Made by a program: the position numbers and the translations under genes
Part shown: positions 36,881-48,990 of the stretch, piece by piece
How positions within the stretch are numbered: the stretch's first letter is position 1
Layout: each line of letters begins with the position of its first letter
The notes under the pieces: model-generated
The model's database searches: none
What the model was told of the DNA's origin: nothing
What the model saw: only the letters and a program-made list of their open reading frames with translations
DNA from: Podarcis liolepis
Lineage: Eukaryota
Strand: one strand, 5' to 3'
Assembly (NCBI GenBank): GCA_965112155.1
Contig: OZ218114.1
Length of the DNA: 64,000 nucleotides

Positions 36881-39800
36881 ATCTTACTAGGTACTCTGGA
36901 GAACTCTGTTTTATTATATTTTGCGTGCCCTGTATTTGGTTTATTGCAGCACGTTCTAGGGCTCTTCTCCCCGTTGTCTTACTCCTGCTTTAGTTGTTTC
37001 CATAGTGCTGTTAACTTTGCAAGTTTAGGGTGTGTTGCAAGTTAGATTTGGATGCAAGTTATAAATGGGTGGGAGGACGGGTCAAACATTGGGGAGGGAT
37101 TGTGGACACAATATTGAAGTGCAATACTTAATGTGGACCTTTACCATACAACTATATTATACAAAAGAGAAGTAAGTAAATATTTATGTATGAGAGAGAA
37201 TTCTTTATTTCCACCTATGATTTCTTCTATTCTTGAATCCTGAAATGTTGAGCTTTTCTTTTAAGTAAATGCTTAATACTCATGAATGTAGTCACAGGTT
37301 CAACATTATGACAATAAGAGTCTAAAAGAATTGGAATCAAGGAGCTAAGCAAACAGAAGGGCAGGTTCATTATGTTCCTTGTTAATTGATCCAGGCATCA
37401 CCCCATGATGAGTGATTTTCCTTACTTAGTCTTTTTTAATTCCCTTATCTTGAATGCACTCCATGGAAAGAACATTCTATTTCTTATATTTCAGTTTGGT
37501 ATATAGAAGAACTTCCGTAACAACAGTGTTTGAGAGAGGAGCGAAGAAGTCTCTGTATCAGTATTATTCAGTTCATGTTTTTCACATTTGGGTTGGAAAC
37601 AATTTCAGAGCATTGTAAGAATAAGTGCAGGACATCTGCTAACAGTAGTTTTGCACCTGCTGGGTTCTGTGGAAACTACATATAAAATGCAAAGTATGTG
37701 CAATTAAAACATTCAAGTTGAGTGTGACCCTCCTGCCTCTGGTTTCTCAAGCAGACGTCAGTTCTGAGCAAGTTGTTCACCCCTGATATATGTGGGCTTG
37801 TAGCCTCAAGACAGTGAATGCCTTTGATTTATGCTGTAATTAATTAATATGCATTTATTACCAACCCTTAATGAAAGGGCGTCACAAGGGAGGTCATTTT
37901 ATTCAGAAATTTCAGTTTAAATACCAAAAGCATAAATGTACATTAATTTCTCAAGCTGAAATCTGGGATTCCTTTGGAAGTTGATATTTATTTATGTGCT
38001 TACTGTCCTGCCCTTCCTCTCAAATGAGGGAGCAAGGAAAAATAGTCTTGATGGACCAGACTTCCCTGAAAGATCAACAACTGTTTGCCATAACGCCACA
38101 CCACAACAGGCAGCTTACAGGGAAATCCCAGGTGTGATTCTAAGTCTCTCTCTCTGTGAGGTTCAGCAGGCTGAATCGCATCCTGAGACTTGGTGTGAAA
38201 CATAAGAGCTAAACAGCCTCTTAAAGCAGGGGCTGCAGCCTTGCACTTCTTGGTGGCAAAAAAGACCTCAGACTTCTCCTCCTAGAGGACGGCTGGGGAA
38301 CCTCTTTCAACCCAGGTGGCTTGAAATAGGAACATGAGATAGCTAGGAAGTGCTAGTATCCCAGCCGAAAGATGTAGGCTGCCTGCGCTTCCCCTCTCCT
38401 TCCAAAGGAAGCAAGAGGAGGAATTATGAGCTGCAAGCCCCAACACTGCTTCTGAAGGAATGCAGAAGCACACTCCAGAGACACTCCAGAGCTCACTGTG
38501 GATCATACAGAGATGGGAAGCACAGTGAAGATTTGCCAGTTTTCATATAGAAAAGTGGGTTGTCAGAAAACAGGGAAGCGGAGAGGAAAGATGGAAGGCA
38601 AGAATCAGAAGTGTGCGACCAATGTATGTTTTGCTCAGGAATTGATAGTGTTAAATTCAAACAGTCATTCTTAGTAGATGCTTGCAGAAAATCCCCAAAA
38701 TGTTGCTTAAAGTCCCAAGTTGCACTGAGGTGCTGCATGGTCAGTGCAAAGAAGAAAACTGGGCATAAACAGACATGTATGTAGGCAACTCTGCTGAAGA
38801 TTCCTGAAGTTTAATGTATGGCACATACAAAAAGAAAAGACAATCTAAAGGGGGAAAAAGTCCCAAAGTTACGTGTTATTTGATGTGGGTGGGTTTTGGA
38901 TTACAGGAGTCAAGAGTTCATTCTGGAGGCCATGTAAGTTTTCAGACATCTTCTCTGAAGTGATCTTCTAATAACACTTTTTATATGGGTACCAACATTA
39001 GTAAAGTCTAAAGGGACAGATTTACTTACTAGGCAGTACTGACTAGGTGAAAATATATTTTGGCTGGTATAAGGCCGATTCCTGTGTTCCTTTGATTGCA
39101 GCCTCCGTTTTACACACATCCCACCAGCATGAAGAAAGCAAGTATTTGTAATTCTTTAATGCTTCCATTACCTCATGGCCAGCAGATTTGGCCACGCTTT
39201 CTGTCTTAATTGGCTGTTGATGTCATAGAACATGGCTCCTTGTCTTCCTGGTGCAGGAAACTCCTTTTTCTTTCCCTGGCTTTTTCCTGTTTGTGTCTGG
39301 TGTGAGTTTGCACACGCATGCGTCTAAACGAATCTGGTGAAATTTGCATTTGTATACAGTTAGTTCATGCCAATAAACAAAACCTATTCCCAGTAAGATG
39401 TGTTCTTATTTTATGATGATTGGATTTACTGCAGGAAGTATTCTGAAGATTCTCTGTAATTAGAGTCTGGAGGGTTTAAGGAGCTGTTTTTGAAATTTCC
39501 TGACACTCAGAGCATGTGTGTTTGATCTTTATAGCCAGCCGTCCCCCTTCTTAGCTTGCAGCTCAATAATGTCTGTGTATCTTATATAAAACACAAGGAA
39601 GCCAGAAACAAAATGTGAATGTAGTGTTCTGTCTCTGTGTGACTCTTCCTCAGTATGGACTGGGGCAGCTGTCTTTGCTAAATGCATATGAGCTAAACAC
39701 TTGTAACATTTATCTCTGTCCTGAAGTAATTACTATTTATATCCACATTCTCCTCAAAGTGGGCTGCAGTCACCTGGTTGATTCTTACTTCTCTTTAGAG

Positions 39801-40486
39801 GCAAGCTTCCTACCTGTCTGACTTCATAAGCATGGATTTTTAAGTTTCTGTAAACAGAGATGGTTCTCAACTTCTTCTCAATTACTGGTGATCATTTGCT
39901 GCTATTGTTATCATTATTTTTGTTAATTTGACAAGGAGAAAACAGTATATACATTGCATTTGTTCCTCCCTGATGTGTGTTCTTTGTTGGGGGGGGGGGT
40001 AGGTGGGTGGCATTTATGAGGGTAAGAAAATACATTAAGAATTTTATTACAACTTTCTATTCACCCTACGAAGTAGGTTAGACTGAGAAATGGTGAGTGG
40101 TCCATTGTTACCCAGCAGCCGTTGTGATTGAGTGGGATTGACGTTCTAATCACCACACCAAATTGTTCTGAATAACCCTCACTGAGAATATCAAAAGCAT
40201 TTTCGATTCTTATCATGAAACAAGACAGGTTGCTTAGGTAGAGGGGTAGCCTGTCCGAAATGGAAACAGTTTGGGGGCATTTCTCTCGGATATAACAGCG
40301 CTGAGAAGCTTCCCTTCAAGCGGCAGGTCTGCTTTTCGCTTTTCACAAGCCCTTTAAAACTAACAAGTTGTTTTGTTTTGACCAAATAACATCTCCCAGA
40401 GATTGATCCATAAATAAATTGTGTGTCTATAACTGTCCCTCAAGAACAGTGTTTATGGGGCAATTTGTTGGAGTGACTGACTCAAT

Positions 40487-40490
<4 letters not shown>

Positions 40491-40531
<41 letters not shown>
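40491..40531. repeat. (TG)n microsatellite
   Basis: Direct observation. Confidence 0.98.
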
Positions 40532-40533
<2 letters not shown>

Positions 40534-41050
40534 TGTAAAACAGAGATTACCTTTGTAGGTTTAAAGAACACTGAGCTCATACATTGAGGCAGAAATGGGT
40601 CTTTCATGCTGATAGGAATTTTGGTTGCTTTAACGTGTACTTCGCCTTGCTGCAGAGCATTTCACAAGGAAGAATGAGAAGGGTTAGTTGAGTTGTCAGC
40701 GCTCTTTAGCTAAAATATGGAGACCATTTTAAATGTCATTTCAAAGCAAGCCTTTATTGTGATTAACTGGCATAAATCAGTAATGAGTAAATAATGTAAA
40801 ATATTTATTTTCATTAGCTGTTTGCTTAATGGCATTAATGCATTGGGAATGCCTTCTGGGCTTGGGGGCTGAGAGGATAGAAAAGTGTGTTTATATGTAA
40901 AGCATTTCACCTCATCGCAGTGGATGGCTTTGGAAACAGCCAAAGAGCACATTGCCATTCAGTTCGTGGGTACATAGGAAGCTATATTAGAGCGGAAGAA
41001 AAACATGTTGTGCATTCTGACCCTGCTCTTAATATAAACTAATATTGACT

Positions 41051-41345
41051 GTGGGTAGCTCAGTCAGCAGAGCATGAGACTTGTAATCGCATTGGGCTAA
41101 AGAATTACCGCATTTTTCGCCCCATAGGACGCACCTAGTTTTTTGGGGGGGGGGAATAAAGGGGGAAAAATTATTTTCCCCCCCCCCAGGTGCGCTGCGC
41201 TAAGCCTGAAGCTTGGGGCGTGCTGAGCTCAGCGCGCCCCAAGCTTCTGGGTGCTGACAAGGTCTCCGCTAGCCGTGGGAGAGCGGTTGGAGGGGGTTGG
41301 ACTAGATAACCCTCGTGGTCCTTTCCAACTCTACAGTTCTGTGAT
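41051..41345 (+). mobile_element. tRNA(Lys)-derived SINE with CR1 tail, interrupted at 41108-41286
   Basis: GGTAGCTCAGTCAGCAGAGCATGAGACTTGTAATC head. Tail GGGGGTTGGACTAGATAACCCTCGTGGTCCTTTCCAACTCTACAGTTCTGTGAT, same family as 34123-34260. Confidence 0.8.
41108..41286 (+). mobile_element. Left-end fragment of a Tc2/pogo-like MITE
   Basis: TA|CCGCATTTTTCGCCCCATAGGACGCACCTAGTTTTT resembles the left part of 19860-20028. No right TIR. Confidence 0.7.
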
Positions 41346-41359
41346 AGACCTTTCTGACA

Positions 41360-41533
41360 GTAAGATATGTTCAACAGCAGGATGGGCTATTTTGGAAGGT
41401 TGTGGACTTTCCTTCATTGGGATTTTTAAACAGAGGTCGGATGGCCATTTATCACGTTTGCTTTAGTTGTGGTTTCTGCATTGCAGGGGTTGGACAAGAC
41501 GTCCCTTGGGGTTCCTTCCAACTCTACAACTAC
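41360..41533 (+). mobile_element. CR1 LINE 3' end
   Basis: GTGGACTTTCCTTCATTGGGATTTTTAAACAGAGG...TGCATTGCAGGGGTTGGAC...CCTTCCAACTCTACAA. Confidence 0.8.
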
Positions 41534-41588
41534 GCCAGAGGGCTATTCAAGGACCTAGTTGTGCAGAAGAAGTGGTATTTTTTCGCTG

Positions 41589-41602
41589 CCGCCACCTGGT
41601 GG
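41589..41602 (-). promoter_or_regulatory. Candidate CTCF site
   Basis: Minus strand CCACCAGGTGGCGG matches the CTCF core consensus CCASYAGRKGGCRS at all 14 positions. Motif only; no binding data. Confidence 0.5.
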
Positions 41603-41978
41603 GCACAATTATGTGCTATAGCACATTCCTTGCAAGACATTCACTGTCTGCACTCTACCTGCTATCTTGCCTGTTTCATCATCCAAAGCTCACTGGAAAA
41701 CAAGGGAGCACTTCATGCTCCACAGTTCCTGAGAGGACACTTAGTGGCAATCGTGGCAACAGTCCTGCCCATCTCACCATTCCAAACTATAGGAGCACCA
41801 AACATTTCAATCAGAAAATCCCCAGAGCATTCAGGTATCCATAGGATTCCACAAATCTCTGTGGAAGGACCGTCAAAATCACTCTCCTATCTCTTCATTG
41901 GGGTACTGCCACTGTCAACTCAAACTTTACTAGGACATGGCCTGACTGTGTATAAGGCTGCTTCTTTCACACCACCAA

Positions 41979-42350
41979 CTAAGGAGTAAACCCTACACAA
42001 ATCCGGAGTACAGTCCCTAAGATGGTTGGATGGTGTATTGTATGCCTCCTTCTGGCAACTCCTGCAGCCAAGCTGGTGCCACACATACTGCTTTCCTTTC
42101 CTTTGGACCACATCAGCAAAGCCGAGAGGGTGGTATTGTTATTTGGGCAGCCCAGGACCTCCATACACACTGCCCAGGCTTGCATCCTGGAGATGTCACT
42201 TGGGTGCTGCTAATGCAGCAAAAACACACGGGAGGCAGCAGTTAGGAGTTACCAGTCCCTGCAGCCACAGCAGGCGCTGTGATTCTCCAGCGGTTTGACT
42301 TCACCCTGGAGGCGCATTTCACTGTCTCTCAGGACAGATGGATGCCAACA
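41979..42350 (+). mobile_element. Interspersed non-coding retro-repeat (probably RTE-related), copy 2, 5'-truncated
   Basis: Shares GTCCCTAAGA, TCTGGCAACTCCTGCAGCCA, CAGCGGTTTGACTTCACCCT and the GATGCCAA 3' end with 27416-27815. Confidence 0.75.
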
Positions 42351-44296
42351 GTTCTCAAAACAGATGAATCCTTCACCCTCATATATGTCCCATCCTTCCT
42401 CCACGGCATTTGGGGTGCATAGAGGCCCCTCTCACTTTAATACTCTATGATGTGCATTTGTTTTGAGAGATTAGAACTGTCCCAGGTTACTCAGCAAGCT
42501 TTGCGAACCCAGTCCTTCCCAGTTCTGTGGAACGCTGCCACTGGAAATCAGGTGTGTACCGTACTCTTGACTTAAGGGAGATCAATAGCAATAGCAAAGA
42601 GATTTTAAATCCCAATCCATTTTAAGGATAAGGGAAGTATGACCCAAGAAGGCCTTTGTTACCACTCTCTGGGCCTTGTGCCATTCATATGGAAATACAG
42701 TATGTTAATTGCCCGGGCTCTTTATTTTCCAAAGCATCAAGTTAACAAAATGGTCTGTCTTGTTATAGTCCTTTTATCCTGTAAGGTTTTATAGCTGGCA
42801 CTCTAGAATTAAATATGAAAGATTTCCATAATACTGATGATTCCTGTTTAAGTGCTCTCTTAGAGGGCGTTGATTTCTGTTGCCAAAATCACAGCTGTGC
42901 CCAGTCCCTTCCCTCCCCTTTTCCCTCTTAGTGTCTGCCTGATCCTTTTTATTTGGCGTTAACTGTCAACCACCTTTTTAATGCTAGTCTGTTTTAAACT
43001 GCCCTTTTGAGGAGGGGGGAAAAGAAAACTTCCAAACACCCAAATTTGGGGTGTTAAACTGCTCTGTTTGAAGAAAGCTGCATATGTCATTTTTTATGTC
43101 TTTGAGGGGGTTTTTGTATGCAGAAGCACAAAGCGCAATTAGAATACAGTTATATATTCTCCTAGTTATTAAAGCTTGGATTAACATGACATAAAGTTTT
43201 GTCTGGGGAGTTCTTTGCTATGGCTCAGGGAGCATTTCTATGTGACAGTAATAGGCTCCAGTTAATATACTTGAATGATACTAGAATCTGCGTTCTAAGA
43301 CAGAACAAAGGGGGTTTATTTGAAGCTTGCATTACAAAGGTGGAATTATCATTGTGAACAATCGACCGAGATCAGGGCTTAATTATTGTATCTTGTGTTC
43401 CTTCAATATTATAAAGTGAAGTCAAGGGAACAATTTCTCTCCCTCCACCCAGCCCCAAGCAAGTGGACAGCTCGTCAATCTTTGAAGATTGATGATTGGA
43501 CCTTTCTCCAATCCCTTAACACTGCGGTGCTCCCCTTAGCTTTCAGACAGCTTACTGTGTGACACTGGGGGCTCGCTGTTTGAGAAACAGATCTGAATAC
43601 TCTTCTGTGTGTCCAGAACTAGTGCCGTTATTTGGATCCCAGCTGAGATGTATACCTTCTGTGGGCAGTAGTGTATAAGTTAGTAGGCTGTAGACATGCT
43701 TTGAGTCTACATACAGGACCTTCAAACTGCTCTTGCTCTGACCCATCTTTGAGTGGTTTTGCAACCTAGAATGCATCATTGAACTGTGATAATGCATCTT
43801 GCTTGCCTGGATAGGGAATGGGGAAATGTGTGTGTTTAAAAACCTCTGCCTTTGCGTTGCTGGAATGTAACATACTGCGGAAAGTTAATGTCACATCTAC
43901 TGCTCTGTTTGCGGTTGCCTTTGGCCCTGCCCACCAATGGAAGATCATCCACAGAGCAGTGTGGCCCTTGGTCTCTGCCACTAAGGCACCTTTTGCTTCT
44001 TGGTCACTTTGCCCTTTGTTTCTTTGGCTTTCCATATATTTCAGACCTCAGGTAAGTGAGTTAGGCAGGTAAGCGTTGGCACAGACCATCTCATTCCAGT
44101 CAGGTTTCAATTTACACATAGAGGCATAACCTCCTAAATGGCTTAATTGCTTTGACAAGCTGTGAAGTTAAAATAACTTGATCTGTGACCTTTGCTCAGA
44201 TGCTGTGGTTAAAAAGAAGCAGTGCTCTAGATGAATGAGTGTGGGGTTGTGAAGCAGTTCAGCTACTCGGATAGTAAAGTTGTGTAATGTTACATC

Positions 44297-44466
44297 GTTG
44301 TGGCTGAAAGGATTAACTAAAAACTGGGAAGCCCCTAGTTCAAATCCATGCTCAGCTATGAGACCACAAGGAGACCTTTGGCAAGCTTGCGCATGAAAAA
44401 TGAGGGCAATAATGCTTGCCTCCCTTAAAGAGTTGTCGTAAGGATAACTCAGATTTGAAGCCCTCT
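44297..44466 (+). mobile_element. Old MIR-like tRNA-derived SINE
   Basis: B-box-like AGTTCAAATCC and core-like AAAATGAGGGCAATAATGCTTGCCTCC...GAGTTGTCGTAAGGATAA. Confidence 0.5.
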
Positions 44467-44479
44467 CCATTTGCTAAAT

Positions 44480-44818
44480 GGGATGCAGGTGGCGCTGAGC
44501 CTAGGACTTGCCAATCAGAAGGTCGGCGGTTCGAATCCCCGCGACGGGGTGAGCTCCCGTTGCTCGGTCCCTGCTCCTGCCAACCTAGCAGTTCAAAAGC
44601 ACGTCAAAGTGCAAGTAGATAAATAGGTACCACTCCGGCGGGAAGGTAAACGGCATTTCCGTGCACTGCTCTGGTTCGCCAGAAGCAGCTTAGTCATGCT
44701 GGCCACATGACCCGGAAGCTGTATGCCAGCTCCCTCGGTCAGTAAAGCGAGATGAGCGCCGCAACCCCAGAGTCGGTCACGACTGGACCTAATGGTCAGG
44801 GGTCCCTTTACCTTTACC
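44480..44818 (+). mobile_element. Near full-length Sauria SINE (Squam1)
   Basis: GGGATGCAGGTGGCGCTG head, B box GGTTCGAATCC, body GCAAGTAGATAAATAGGTACC, tail CCTTTACCTTTACC. TSD CCATTTGCTAAA (44467-44478) / CCATATGCTAAA (44817-44828). Confidence 0.95.
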
Positions 44819-47559
44819 ATATGCTAAAGAGCTACATATGTGAGAGGTATCATAGATGCGCTAGATTTGTTGGATGCATTTTAAAGGATTTATGAAGCAG
44901 CCTGAGAGAGAAGACAGACATAATATTACCCCTGTGCTTTAGGTAGGGTGTTTACCTTTCCATTTCTTAAAGTACTGTGTCTCTTTCTCTGTAATCCACT
45001 CGTGCTTCTTCTTAATCATAATCATTACTTTTTTGAAAGTGCAAAACTGCCCTGGGAGATTACTTGGGAGGGTTTGTCGGTGACATTGCAGGCGCCAGTC
45101 GGTCGGCTCTGTCTGCAGTCAGCTTCTGTTGCGCTTGTAAAAATGTTACGTCTGTCTTCACCCTAAACTGACAACAGCCACATCACGTGCAAAGCAAGTA
45201 AAGGACGTCAGCTCGTGCCACTTGTGGCGTAGTGAGAACAGCTTTCATGTGCGGTTCAACTCCAAGGCGGTTGTTTCAGTCCCTACCCAGCTAAAGATCC
45301 TCACCTATTCCCATCTCTGTGCTACATGTTGCTGTTGTTTCTGCATGCGGCGATGCTAGCCGTTTTCAGTGGAAGAGCATCAACACGTGTTTGGCAGCAG
45401 CTTCAGGAAAGTGCACTGCTCAAAACATATGTTCTCGTTCTGGTGTTTCGGCACAGCTGGATCTATTTGGGGAAAATCACGTGCATGCAGAGGGGAAATA
45501 GATTGGTGTCTGCTTCGTGGATATCCTCCTCCGTCTCCCCCAAAGCATTGACAGCCTTCCTAAGTTTTCAGGAGTCTTCCCCTGACAATACCCTGTGTAG
45601 CTAATGCCTCTTAGTGGAGATATGCCAAAAGTAATAACAATTGCTGACCCTGACTTTCGAAGGTCATCACTGACGTAAATGGTTACAGGAAACTCAGGGC
45701 GTCAGATTTCAAATAAAAATAACTCCTTGTGGCTACAGTCCTTCTTCCATTCGTGGCTGGGGGTGGGGTGGGGAATGGGGCAGTCTAAATACCACGAGGA
45801 TTTTCTGTGTTACTCCAGTGCTAGTGAAGCATAATTAAAAATTAGCCGAAGTGTGTTGCCTTTTTCAAATGCGTTTTGAAAATGGATAGCAAATTATCTG
45901 TCAAAATGATGAGCTCTTCGTTGCTGACGTGTAAAAACTCAATTTACTCACCAAAAAGTGCACATCAGAGATCTCCAGGTCTCTTTCAAAAGCAAGTAAC
46001 ACCTGGGCAGAGGCCACTCTGACAATTAACGTTGAACGGCTTGCCTAATCATGCTTGGGTGTTACAGAACGTGGAACTTGGTTATGCGTCATTTGTTGGG
46101 CAGCTTTTGCCTTAAACCACACCTGTCCAGCTGCCCAACCTCTGCCGGAGGGCCTCAGCTCCCACTCCCTCTGCCCATACTGCACAGGGAGCCAAAATTC
46201 AGGTTACACCGTCTACCCAATCAAACACCCACTTAGAACACTTTCTTTTTAAGTTCTCTTGCAGGTTATTCGGTGAGGGGCCCTTACCTTGTACCGTTTG
46301 TTTCATCCCTCTTAGCTGAGCGTTTTATATTTTTATAACAAAACACACACACAGTACAATGAACATGGACTGGATTAAAAAAAACAAAACAAACCACAAC
46401 ACAGGCAATTTAGCTAGGATGCATAGAGCACAGAACCACGAAACCTTCAAGCTATAATTATTTTCACCTAGTAGGGTCAGCAAAACCTTATAATGATCTG
46501 GAGAGGCACGGGTCTGGGGTGTGTGATTGGCATGCTGCAGCACTGCACAAAATGTTTCAGGTTTTGCATGACCTCGAACAACCTTTATATGGCGGGTGAG
46601 CTTGTTCATTAATAAATGATGGCAAAGCCTCCGAAACCATGTGTTGCTCTTTCCGCTGCTAAATAGTGTAAAATAAAGTATGCGGAGAGGGCTGCAGTTC
46701 CTTTGGGGAGGGGAACTGCTGGCATTGGAGTCTTTGTGGTGATTTGCTTGTTCATGTTGATGTTGGAGAGGGTGGCAAGCGACTGATAAATTGATCTACA
46801 CAGGAGTAGTCAAGTGTACTGTTTTTGGAGTACTGGGGCTGGAAATGATTTGGCTAAAATGGGAGCAGAATTAGAGGACCTGTGGATTTCATTAAAAGCC
46901 CCCCTATTTTCTCCCAGTGGCCAGAAACAATTTGTGGCTGGGGAGCAGAGTGCAGTTTAGGTAGTGAGGTTTGCCCATGTTAGATTTTGGAAGGAGAAAT
47001 AACAGTAATTTGACTTTTTAATTTAATTTTTTTCCTAAGCATATTTCCTCTGAAATAAGTCCTGTTGAACTTAATGGAATCCCCTCTCAAGAAAATATAC
47101 TTAGAGTTGTAGGCTTATTTTAACTTTCAGATTGTGAGTCAGTTATAATCTGTGTATGAAAAGCACCTTTATTTAAGAAACCTTAGGGAAGCAATGTGGG
47201 GTGGGTTGAGATACTTTTCGGGCCATTGGTACTTGTCCTTCCCCCCCCCCAGCATCCTCCTGGTGCTCCCTCACACCCACACCAACAACAGCAACATACC
47301 ATGTTTCTATCTATACAACACAAGACCCTGAGCATTTCCCTTGGTTCCCGATCCTCCAGAGCAGGATAAGTTCACACAGGGAAGAGCTAGTTCTTTTAAT
47401 CTCCTCTTTTGACTGAAGCAAAACGTTGCCCTAGGCAGGTCCTTGTGTTCAAAGTACCTTCTGGAGAGCTGAAATTAATAGCGTCCCTGTTCAGAAGTGT
47501 GTGTATGTGTATGTTTTTCCCTTCGTGATAAATGCACATTTCTTCAAAACAAATTGTGA

Positions 47560-47690
47560 TTTTTATTTTTATTTATTTAATTGTGAATTGGTTCTCATGA
47601 GGCATCCCAAAGCCATTTGCAGCATAATCAAAACATGTAAAACAGTTACATATATAAAAACAGTTTAAAACAGTTGCATATTTAAAAACA

Positions 47691-47727
<37 letters not shown>

Positions 47728-48100
47728 TGTGTGTATCACAGTTTAAAACAGCAGTAGTAGCACACACATAAAATCCATTCAAATCCAAGCCAGACTCTAG
47801 CTGGCATAATCTCTGTTTAGAATGCTTGTTGAAAGAAGTTGTCTTCCTGATTTATAATAGGAGGGATTTCCAGAGAGTAGATGCCAGCACACCAAAGGCC
47901 TGATTCCCTCATTATGTGGAAGGGCCCCCTGATAGGATGAGATCTGCAGAACACAGTGATCCAGTTGAGTATGTAGGGGATGAGAAGATTTTTTTAAGTA
48001 TTCTGGTCCCATGCTGTGTAGGGATTCATACATCTATTCCAATACCTTGAACTTAGCCTGGCAACTAATTGGCAGCCAGTGCAGTAAAGAAGGGGCACAC
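47560..48100 (-). mobile_element. L2 LINE 3' remnant (end of ORF2 plus 3' UTR)
   Basis: Minus-strand translation LLHWLPISCQAKFKVL matches the LHWLP...FK.L motif at the C-terminus of L2 ORF2. Frameshifted; T-rich tail at 47560-47580; internal (GT)n at 47693-47735. Confidence 0.8.
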
Positions 48101-48690
48101 TGTTGCAATCCTGGAAGCCAAGTCGCATGTTTGGGACACACACTCCTTGGTGAGAGAACTCCAGCAGAGATTTGACACCACAAAAACATGCAGCAAAGAA
48201 TAGCAAGGAAACATAGGCTGTAAAACTCCCTTCCAGTGAGTCCCAAAACATCCCTTTTAAAAAGCTCTTTCCAAGATATCCAACATCCCTAGATGGACCA
48301 CACGTTTAGTAAGTCATAAAATGGTTTACTTACAAAACCTTTCAAAGGTCAGATTCATGTGCTTTCCCTGTTGCACAGGCAGCAAAACATTGCTTAGTTA
48401 CAAAAGGTAAAACTTTCTAAACTATTGGTAGGGAAAAACACTAGTTTCAGATTCCATTCTGACATGAAACGAAAGAGGCTGGTTAAAGCTATGCTCAGAG
48501 TTCCTGACATGCTGAAAGCCACATGAAGAGAGAGAGAGAGGTAACAAAGGCTTGGTCACCTATTTCATCTCAAGGTGAGGGGTGAGAATATAGACTAAGC
48601 CTGGCAGGACAGCTTACTCTATAGTTTTAACCCTTTTCTTCACTAATTAGATTTAAACATGCTAGCATTGTGAGAGGCTGGAACCCTACA
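48101..48690 (-). mobile_element. Probable solo LTR
   Basis: About 590-bp segment abutting the L2 remnant, bounded by TGT...ACA (minus strand TGTAGGGTT...TGCAACA). AGTAAA poly(A)-like signal on the minus strand near 48325-48330. TSD unclear. Confidence 0.45.
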
Positions 48691-48859
48691 CATAATTCTG
48701 TGTACAGCTTCTCATAAGGATCCTTCTAATTCATTAAACATTTCTGTTTTCTACATATCTTTAGAACTCATGAGTTGAAGGGATTCTGAAGCAGGCATAA
48801 TCACAACACTTAGCTGATCTTGTCCAGATTCCACATTTTTATTTTTTCAGTTCATAATT

Positions 48860-48990
48860 TATGTACATTTTGTTTATGTCTGACTTTTTTGTTACTGAAC
48901 ACAAGGCAGTGAACATGGGCCTTCTAGGCAGTCTTCCATCCATGCACTGACCAGATCCAAACTTGCTTAGTTTCAATAAGCTTGCATCGT
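48860..48990 (-). mobile_element. 5S rRNA-derived SINE copy
   Basis: AGGCAGTCTTCCATCCATGCACTGACCAGATCCAAACTTGCTTAGTTTC is the antisense of the 5S box A to box C region. Confidence 0.7.

Noticed and set aside
39414-39503. C/D snoRNA-like ATGATGA...CTGA (also near 5840 and 45906)
   Set aside because: No terminal stem, no convincing C' box, and no recognisable rRNA antisense element.
41402-41989. Longest ORF (195 aa)
   Set aside because: Begins inside a CR1 3' end at a non-ATG codon and ends in another repeat; no recognisable domain.
46265-46272. 8-nt TTGCAG|GTTATTCG|GTGAGG microexon-like pattern
   Set aside because: Weaker donor and frameshifting length. It shows that such patterns arise by chance here, which tempers the microexon findings.
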